From the NCBI GenBank assembly GCA_964016885.1, contig OZ024758.1, positions 38,750,001 to 38,814,000 on the forward strand: a stretch of 64,000 nt of DNA, read 5' to 3'. Both the position numbers and the translations under genes were made by a program. The notes under the pieces are model-generated. The model had not been told where the DNA came from, did not search any database, and saw only the letters and a program-made list of their open reading frames with translations. Every line of letters starts with the position of its first letter. Within the stretch, counting starts at the first letter, position 1. Shown piece by piece: positions 55,301 to 64,000 of this stretch. Source of the stretch: Eledone cirrhosa. Its lineage: Eukaryota.

Positions 55301-58300
55301 GTACTAGCTGTCAGAAGTAACTCTACTGTTGGTGAGAATTCATTTAAGTTCATGGTATTAGTTTGTCAGAAGTAACTCCACTGTTGGTGAGAATTCATTT
55401 AAGTCATGGTATTAGTTGTCAGAAGTAACTCCAATGTTGGTGAGAATTCATTTAAGTCATGGTACTAGCTGTCAGAAGTAACTCCAATGTTGGTGAGAAT
55501 TCATTTAAGTTCATGGTATTAGCTGTCAGAAGGAACTCCACTGTTGGTGAGAATTCATTTAAGTTCATGGTATTAGCCATCAGAAGTAACTCCACTGTTG
55601 GTGAGAATTCATTTAAGTTCATGGTACTAGCTGTCAGAAGTAACTCCAATGTTGGTGAGAATTCATTTAAGTTCATGGTATTAGCTGTCAGAAGTAACTC
55701 CACTGTTGGTGAGAATTCATTTAAGTTCATGGTATTAGCTGTCAGAAGTAACTCCACTGTTGGTGAGAATTCATTTAAGTTCATGGTACTAGCTGTCAGA
55801 AGTCACTCCAATGTTGGTGAGAATTCATTTAAGTTCATGGTATTAGCTGTCAGAAGTAACTCCACTGTTGGTGAGAATTCATTTAAGTTCATGGTACTAG
55901 CTGTCAGAAGTAACCCCAATGTTGGTGAGAATTCATTTAAGTTCATGGTATTAGCTGTCAGAAGTCACTCCAATGTTGGTGAGAATTCATTTAAGTTCAT
56001 GGTATTAGCTGTCAGAAGTCACTCCACTGTTGGTGAGAATTCATTTAAGTTCATGGTACTAGCTGTCAGAAGTAACCCCAATGTTGGTGAGAATTCATTT
56101 AAGTTCATGGTATTAGCTGTCAGAAGTCACTCCAATGTTGGTGAGAATTCATTTAAGTTCATGGTATTAGCTGTCAGAAGTAACTCCACTGTTGGTGAGA
56201 ATCCATTTAAGTTCATGGTATTAGCTGTCAGAAGTAACCCCACTGTTGGTGAGAATTCATTTAAGTTCATGGTATTAGCTGTCAGAAGGAACTCCAATGT
56301 TGGTGAGAATTCATTTAAGTCATGGTACTAGCTGTCAGAAGTAACTCCACTGTTGGTGAGAATTCATTTAAGTTCATGGTATTAGCTGTCAGAAGGAACG
56401 CCACTGTTGGTGAGAATTCATTTAAGTTCATGGTATTAGCTGTCAGAAGTAACTCCACTGTTGGTGAGAATTCATTTAAGTTCATGGTACTAGCTGTCAG
56501 AAGTAACTCCAATGTTGGTGAGAATTCATTTAATTTCATGGTATTAGCTGTCAGAAGGAACTCCACTGTTGGTGAGAATTCATTTAAGTTCATGGTATTA
56601 GCTGTCAGAAGTAACTCCACTGTTGGTGAGAATTCATTTATGTTCATGGTACTAGTTGTCAGAAGTAACTCCACTGTTGGTGAGAATTCATTTAAGTTCA
56701 TGGTATTAGTTGTCAGAAGTAACTCCACTGTTGGTGAGAATTCATTTAAGTCATGGTATTAGTTGTCAGAAGTAACTCCAATGTTGGTGAGAATTCATTT
56801 AAGTTCATGGTACTAGCTGTCAGAAGTAACTCCACTGTTGGTGAGAATTCATTTAAGTTCATGGTATTAGCTGTCAGAAGTAACTCCACTGTTGGTGAGA
56901 ATTCATTTAAGTCATGGTATTAGCTGTCAGAACTAACTCCATTGTTGGTGAGAATTCATTTAAGTCATGGTACTAGCTGTCAGAAGTAACTCCACTGTTG
57001 GTGAGAATTCATTTAAGTTCATGGTATTAGCTGTCAGAAGGAACGCCACTGTTGGTGAGAATTCATTTAAGTTCATGGTATTAGCTGTCAGAAGTAACTC
57101 CACTGTTGATGAGAATTCATTTAAGTTCATGGTACTAGCTGTCAGAAGTAACTCCAATGTTGGTGAGAATTCATTTAAGTTCATGGTATTAGCTGTCAGA
57201 AGGAACTCCACTGTTGGTGAGAATTCATTTAAGTTCATGGTATTAGCTGTCAGAAGTAACTCCACTGTTGGTGAGAATTCATTTAAGTTCATGGTATTAG
57301 TTGTCAGAAGTAACTCCACTGTTGGTGAGAATTCATTTAAGTCATGGTATTAGTTGTCAGAAGTAACTCCAATGTTGGTGAGAATTCATTTAAGTTCATG
57401 GTACTAGCTGTCAGAAGTAACTCCACTGTTGGTGAGAATTCATTTAAGTTCATGGTATTAGCTGTCAGAAGTCACTCCAATGTTGGTGAGAATTCATTTA
57501 AGTTCATGGTATTAGCTGTCAGAAGTAACTCCACTGTTGGTGAGAATTCATTTAAGTTCATGGTATTAGCTGTCAGAAGTAACTCCACTGATGGTGAGAA
57601 TTCATTTAAGTTCATGGTATTAGCTGTCAGAAGTAACTCCACTGTTGGTGAGAATTCATTTAAGTTCATGGTATTAGCTGTCAGAAGGAACTCCAATGTT
57701 GGTGAGAATTCATTTAAGTCATGGTACTAGCTGTCAGAAGTAACTCCACTGTTGGTGAGAATTCATTTAAGTTAATGGTATTAGCTGTCAGAAGGAACGC
57801 CGCTGTTGGTGAGAATTCATTTAAGTTCATGGTATTAGCTGTCAGAAGTAACTCCACTGTTGGTGAGAATTCATTTAAGTTCATGGTACTAGCTGTCAGA
57901 AGTATCTCCAATGTTGGTGAGAATTCATTTAAGTTCATGGTATTAGCTGTCAGAAGGAACTCCACTGTTGGTGAGAATTCATTTAAGTTCATGGTATTAG
58001 CTGTCAGAAGTAACTCCACTGTTGGTGAGAATTCATTTAAGTTCATGGTATTAGCTGTCAGAAGTAACTCCACTGTTGGTGAGAATTCATTTAAGTTCAT
58101 GGTACTAGCTGTCAGAAGTAACTCCACTGTTGGTGAGAATTCATTTAAGTTCATGGTATTAGTTTGTCAGAAGTAACTCCACTGTTGGTGAGAATTCATT
58201 TAAGTCATGGTATTAGTTGTCAGAAGTAACTCCAATGTTGGTGAGAATTCATTTAAGTTCATGGTATTAGCTGTCAGAAGTAACTCCTCTGTTGGTGAGA

Positions 58301-61300
58301 ATTCATTTAAGTTCATGGTACTAGCTGTCAGAAGTAACTCCACTGTTGGTGAGAATTCATTTAAGTTCATGGTATTAGCTGTCAGAAGTCACTCCACTGT
58401 TGGTGAGAATTCATTTAAGTTCATGGTACTAGCTGTCAGAAGTAACCCCAATGTTGGTGAGAATTCATTTAAGTTCATGGTATTAGCTGTCAGAAGTCAC
58501 TCCAATGTTGGTGAGAATTCATTTAAGTTCATGGTATTAGCTGTCAGAAGTAACTCCACTGTTGGTGAGAATTCATTTAAGTTCATGGTATTAGCTGTCA
58601 GAAGTAACTCCACTGTTGGTGAGAATCCATTTAAGTTCATGGTATTAGCTGTCAGAAGTAACCCCACTGTTGGTGAGAATTCATTTAAGTTCATGGTATT
58701 AGCTGTCAGAAGGAACTCCAATGTTGGTGAGAATTCATTTAAGTCATGGTACTAGCTGTCAGAAGTAACTCCACTGTTGGTGAGAATTCATTTAAGTTCA
58801 TGGTATTAGCTGTCAGAAGGAACGCCACTGTTGGTGAGAATTCATTTAAGTTCATGGTATTAGCTGTCAGAAGTAACTCCACTGTTGGTGAGAATTCATT
58901 TAAGTTCATGGTACTAGCTGTCAGAAGTAACTCCAATGTTGGTGAGAATTCATTTAATTTCATGGTATTAGCTGTCAGAAGGAACTCCACTGTTGGTGAG
59001 AATTCATTTAAGTTCATGGTATTAGCTGTCAGAAGTAACTCCACTGTTGGTGAGAATTCATTTATGTTCATGGTACTAGTTGTCAGAAGTAACTCCACTG
59101 TTGGTGAGAATTCATTTAAGTTCATGGTATTAGTTGTCAGAAGTAACTCCACTGTTGGTGAGAATTCATTTAAGTCATGGTATTAGTTGTCAGAAGTAAC
59201 TCCAATGTTGGTGAGAATTCATTTAAGTTCATGGTACTAGCTGTCAGAAGTAACTCCACTGTTGGTGAGAATTCATTTAAGTTCATGGTATTAGCTGTCA
59301 GAAGTAACTCCACTGTTGGTGAGAATTCATTTAAGTCATGGTATTAGCTGTCAGAAGTAACTCCATTGTTGGTGAGAATTCATTTAAGTCATGGTACTAG
59401 CTGTCAGAAGTAACTCCACTGTTGCTGATAATTCATTTAAGTTCATGGTATTAGCTGTCAGAAGTAAATCCACTGTTGGTGAGAATTCATTTAAGTTCAT
59501 GGTACTAGCTGTCAGAAGTAACTCCAATGTTGGTGAGAATTCATTTAAGTTCATGGTATTAGCTGTCAGAAGGAACTCCACTGTTGGTGAGAATTCATTT
59601 AAGTTCATGGTATTAGCTGTCAGAAGTAACTCCACTGTTGGTGAGAATTCATTTAAGTTCATGGTATTAGTTGTCAGAAGTAACTCCACTGTTGGTGAGA
59701 ATTCATTTAAGTCATGGTATTAGTTGTCAGAAGTAACTCCAATGTTGGTGAGAATTCATTTAAGTTCATGGTACTAGCTGTCAGAAGTAACTCCACTGTT
59801 GGTGAGAATTCATTTAAGTTCATGGTATTAGCTGTCAGAAGTAACTCCACTGTTGGTGAGAATTCATTTAAGTCATGGTATTAGCTGTCAGAAGTAACTC
59901 CATTGTTGGTGAGAATTCATTTAAGTCATGGTACTAGCTGTCAGAAGTAACTCCACTGTTGGTGAGAATTCATTTAAGTTCATGGTATTAGCTGTCAGAA
60001 GGAACTCCACTGTTGGTGAGAATTCATTTAAGTTCATGGTACTAGCTGTCAGAAGTAACTCCAATGTTGGTGAGAATTCATTTAAGTTCATGGTATTAGC
60101 TGTCAGAAGGAACTCCAATGTTGGTGAGAATTCATTTAAGTCATGGTACTAGCTGTCAGAAGTAACTCCACTGTTGGTGAGAATTCATTTAAGTTCATGG
60201 TATTAGCTGTCAGAAGTAACTCCACTGTTGGTGAGAATTCATTTAAGTTCATGGTATTAGTTGTCAGAAGTAACTCCACTGTTGGTGAGAATTCATTTAA
60301 GTCATGGTATTAGTTGTCAGAAGTAACTCCAATGTTGGTGAGAATTCATTCAAGTTCATGGTACTAGCTGTCAGAAGTAACTCCACTGTTGGTGAGAATT
60401 CATTTAAGTCATGGTATTAGCTGTCAGAAGTAACTCCATTGTTGGTGAGAATTCATTTAAGTCATGGTACTAGCTGTCAGAAGTAACTCCACTGTTGGTG
60501 AGAATTCATTTAAGTTCATGGTATTAGCTGTCAGAAGGAACTCCACTGTTGGTGAGAATTCATTTAAGTTCATGGTACTAGCTGTCAGAAGTAACTCCAC
60601 TGTTGGTGAGAATTCATTTAAGTTCATGGTATTAGTTTGTCAGAAGTAACTCCACTGTTGGTGAGATTTCATTTAAGTCATGGTATTAGTTGTCAGAAGT
60701 AACTCCAATGTTGGTGAGAATTCATTTAAGTCATGGTACTAGCTGTCAGAAGTAACTCCAATGTTGGTGAGAATTCATTTAAGTTCATGTTATTAGCTGT
60801 CAGAAGGAACTCCACTGTTGGTGAGAATTCATTTAAGTTCATGGTATTAGCTGTCAGAAGTAACTCCACTGTTGGTGAGAATTCATTTAAGTTCATGGTA
60901 CTAGCTGTCAGAAGTAACTCCAATGTTGGTGAGAATTCATTTAAGTTCATGGTATTAGCTGTCAGAAGTAACTCCACTGTTGGTGAGAATCCATTTAAGT
61001 TCATGGTATTAGCTGTCAGAAGTAACTCCACTGTTGGTGAGAATTCATTTAAGTTCATGGTATTAGCTGTCAGAAGGAACTCCAATGTTGGTGAGAATTC
61101 ATTTAAGTCATGGTACTAGCTGTCAGAAGTAACTCCACTGTTGGTGAGAATTCATTTAAGTTCATGGTATTATCTGTCAGAAGGAACGCCACTGTTGGTG
61201 AGAATTCATTTAAGTTCATGGTATTAGCTGTCAGAAGTAACTCCACTGTTGGTGAGAATTCATTTAAGTTCATGGTATTAGCTGTCAGAAGTAACTCCAC

Positions 61301-61850
61301 TGTTGGTGAGAATTCATTTAAGTTCATGGTACTAGCTGTCAGAAGTAACTCCACTGTTGGTGAGAGTTCATTTAAGTTCATGGTATTAGCTGACAGAAGG
61401 AACTCCACTGTTGGTGAGAATTCATTTAAGTTCATGGTACTAGCTGTCAGAAGTAACTCTACTGTTGGTGAGAATTCATTTAAGTTCATGGTATTAGTTT
61501 GTCAGAAGTAACTCCACTGTTGGTGAGAATTCATTTAAGTCATGGTATTAGTTGTCAGAAGTAACTCCAATGTTGGTGAGAATTCATTTAAGTCATGGTA
61601 CTAGCTGTCAGAAGTAACTCCAATGTTGGTGAGAATTCATTTAAGTTCATGGTATTAGCTGTCAGAAGGAACTCCACTGTTGGTGAGAATTCATTTAAGT
61701 TCATGGTATTAGCCGTCAGAAGTAACTCCACTGTTGGTGAGAATTCATTTAAGTTCATGGTACTAGCTGTCAGAAGTAACTCCAATGTTGGTGAGAATTC
61801 ATTTAAGTTCATGGTATTAGCTGTCAGAAGTAACTCCACTGTTGGTGAGA
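49400..61850. repeat. Imperfect tandem duplication of about 6.1-6.3 kb with whole-monomer indels
   Basis: The offset is 6297 (50025/56322 to 52449/58746), then 6082 (53846/59928), 5866 (54598/60464) and 6136 (54974/61110, 55459/61595). Shared private variants: gttaatgg, tcctct, gctgataat, aaatcca, cattcaag, ttatctg, gagagtt, gctgacag, ctctact. Confidence 0.92.
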
Positions 61851-64000
61851 ATTCATTTAAGTCATGGTATTAGCTGTCAGAAGTAACTCCAATGTTGGTG
61901 AGAATTCATTTAAGTTCATGGTATTAGCTGTCAGAAGTAACTCCACTGTTGGTGAGAATTCATTTAAGTTCATGGTATTAGCTGTCAGAAGTAACTCCAC
62001 TGTTGGTGAGAATTCATTTAAGTTCATGGTACTAGCTGTCAGAAGTAACTCCACTGTTGGTGAGAATTCATTTAAGTTCATGGTATTAGCTGTCAGAAGT
62101 AACTCCACTGTTGGTGAGAATTCATTTAAGTTCATGGTACTAGCTGTCAGAAGTAACTCCACTGTTGGTGAGAATTCATTTAAGTTCATGGTATTAGCTG
62201 TCAGAAGTCACTCCAATGTTGGTGAGAATTCATTTAAGTTCATGGTATTAGCTGTCAGAAGTCACTCCACTGTTGGTGAGAATTCATTTCAGTTCATGGT
62301 ACTAGCTGTCAGAAGTAACCCCAATGTTGGTGAGAATTCATTTAAGTTCATGGTATTAGCTGTCAGAAGTCACTCCAATGTTGGTGAGAATCCATTTAAG
62401 TTCATGGTATTAGCTGTCAGAAGTAACTCCACTGTTGGTGAGAATTCATTTAAGTTCATGGTATTAGCTGTCAGAAGGAACGCCACTGTTGGTGAGAATT
62501 CATTTAAGTTCATGGTATTAGCTGTCAGAAGTAACTCCACTGTTGGTGAGAATTCATTTAAGTTCATGGTACTAGCTGTCAGAAGTAACTCCAATGTTGG
62601 TGAGAATTCATTTAAGTTCATGGTAATAGCTGTCAGAAGTAACTCCACTGTTGGTGAGAATTCATTTAAGTTCATGGTATTAGCTGTCAGAAGTAACTCC
62701 ACTGTTGGTGAGAATTCATTTAAGTCATGGTATTAGCTGTCAGAAGTAACTCCAATGTTGGTGAGAATTCATTTAAGTCATGGTACTAGCTGTCAGAAGT
62801 AACTCCAATGTTGGTGAGAATTCATTTAAGTTCATGGTATTAGCTGTCAGAAGTAACTCCACTGTTGGTGAGAATTCATTTAAGTTCATGGTATTAGCTG
62901 TCAGAAGTAACTCCACTGTTGGTGAGAATTCATTTAAGTCATGGTATTAGCTGTCAGAAGTAACTCCAATGTTGGTGAGAATTCATTTAAGTTCATGGTA
63001 TTAGCTGTCAGAAGGAACTCCACTGTTGGTGAGAATTCATTTAAGTTCATGGTAATAGCTGTCAGAAGTAACTCCACTGTTGGTGAGAATTCATTTAAGT
63101 TCATGGTATTAGCTGTCAGAAGTAACTCCACTGTTGGTGAGAATTCATTTAAGTCATGGTATTAGCTGTCAGAAGTAACTCCAATGTTGGTGAGAATTCA
63201 TTTAAGTCATGGTACTAGCTGTCAGAAGTAACTCCAATGTTGGTGAGAATTCATTTAAGTTCATGGTATTAGCTGTCAGAAGTAACTCCACTGTTGGTGA
63301 GAATTTATTTAAGTTCATGGTATTAGCTGTCAGAAGTCACTCCACTGTTGGTGAGAATTCATTTAAGTTCATGGTACTAGTTGTCAGAAGTAACTCCACT
63401 GTTGGTGAGAATTCATTTAAGTTCATGGTATTAGTTGTCAGAAGTAACTCCACTGTTGGTGAGAATTCATTTAAGTTCATGGTATTAGCTGTCAGAAGTA
63501 ACTCCACTGTTGGTGAGAATTCATTTAAGTCATGGTATTAGCTGTCAGAAGTAACTCCATTGTTGGTGAGAATTCATTTAAATCATGGTACTAGCTGTCA
63601 GAAGTAACTCCACTGTTGGTGAGAATTCATTTAAGTTCATGGTATTAGCTGTCAGAAGGATCTCCACTGTTGGTGAGAATTCATTTAAGTTCATGGTACT
63701 AGCTGTCAGAAGTAACTCTACTGTTGGTGAGAATTCATTTAAGTTCATGGTATTAGTTTGTCAGAAGTAACTCCACTGTTGGTGAGAATTCATTTAAGTC
63801 ATGGTATTAGTTGTCAGAAGTAACTCCAATGTTTGTGAGAATTCATTTAAGTCATGGTACTAGCTGTCAGAAGTAACTCCAATGTTGGTGAGAATTCATT
63901 TAAGTTCATCGTATTAGCTGTCAGAAGGAACTCCACTGTTGGTGAGAATTCATTTAAGTTCATGGTACTAGCTGTCAGAAGTAACTCCAATGTTGGTGAG

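Larger units (their letters stand above)
1..64000. repeat. Satellite DNA: tandem array of a 54-bp monomer (53-bp and 55-bp variants), about 1,190 copies, single orientation, extends beyond both window ends
   Basis: Bases 1-54 (gttggtgagaattcatttaagttcatggtattagctgtcagaagtaactccact) recur contiguously to base 64000. Most monomers differ from the consensus at only 0-3 positions. No unique intervening sequence was seen. Confidence 0.99.

Noticed and set aside
125-63131. Minus-strand ORFs encoding (MNLNEFSPTVELLLTANT)n, suggesting bidirectional coding
   Set aside because: Same artefact. Two open frames out of six matches chance expectation, and the common 'gtcac' variant introduces a TGA stop in this frame.
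132-63770. Plus-strand ORFs encoding (MVLAVRSNSTVGENSFKF)n, up to 367 aa (15762-16865)
   Set aside because: A 54-bp monomer with one stop-free frame gives long ORFs automatically. At this base composition about a quarter to a third of 18-codon frames are expected to be open. The frames are broken every few units by 53/55-bp monomers, most common variants change the amino acid, and there is no unique N- or C-terminal domain.
1-64000. CRISPR-like reading with a conserved 21-bp part as repeat and the remainder as spacer
   Set aside because: The supposed spacers are near-identical to each other rather than unique, and there is no leader or cas gene.
1-64000. Tandem small RNA gene array (tRNA, 5S, spliced leader, snRNA) or telomeric repeat
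   Set aside because: The 54-bp unit shows no cloverleaf, no convincing Pol III A/B boxes, no recognisable spliced-leader or 5S sequence, only 3-4 bp stems, and no short G-rich telomere motif.
1-64000. Synthetic concatemer or sequencing artefact, suggested by one EcoRI site per unit
   Set aside because: Variants are shared hierarchically among nested duplicate blocks and all units are head-to-tail. This fits natural satellite evolution rather than ligation products or random read error, although local misassembly cannot be excluded without reads.
1-64000. A single regular higher-order repeat period, embedded transposon or strand inversion
   Set aside because: Duplication offsets vary by region with no global period, and no non-monomer or reverse-complement segment was seen on reading through the window.

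Overview
The whole 64 kb window is one uninterrupted head-to-tail tandem array of a 54-bp monomer, roughly 1,190 copies, all in the same orientation. Consensus: GTTGGTGAGAATTCATTTAAGTTCATGGTATTAGCTGTCAGAAGTAACTCCACT (37% GC, no CpG, one EcoRI GAATTC and one AluI AGCT site). It is best interpreted as eukaryotic-type satellite DNA, and the array runs off both ends. I find no credible genes, RNA genes, transposon insertions, inversions or CRISPR spacers. The ORF track is a by-product of a monomer length divisible by 3, and the ORFs are broken every few units by 53-bp or 55-bp monomers. The real information is in the order of monomer variants. About ten recurrent variants plus rare private ones act as a barcode that reveals nested, irregular segmental duplications with offsets of 162, 431, 864, 1025/1133, 1346/1778, 2207, 2317, 3070, 3609/3663, 4639, about 5.9-6.3 kb, 7112, 8899 and 12671 bp. 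There is also a more homogeneous core at about 27-51 kb and a more diverged zone after about 51 kb. I cannot name the satellite family or the organism, and I see no support for a novel gene-encoded system.
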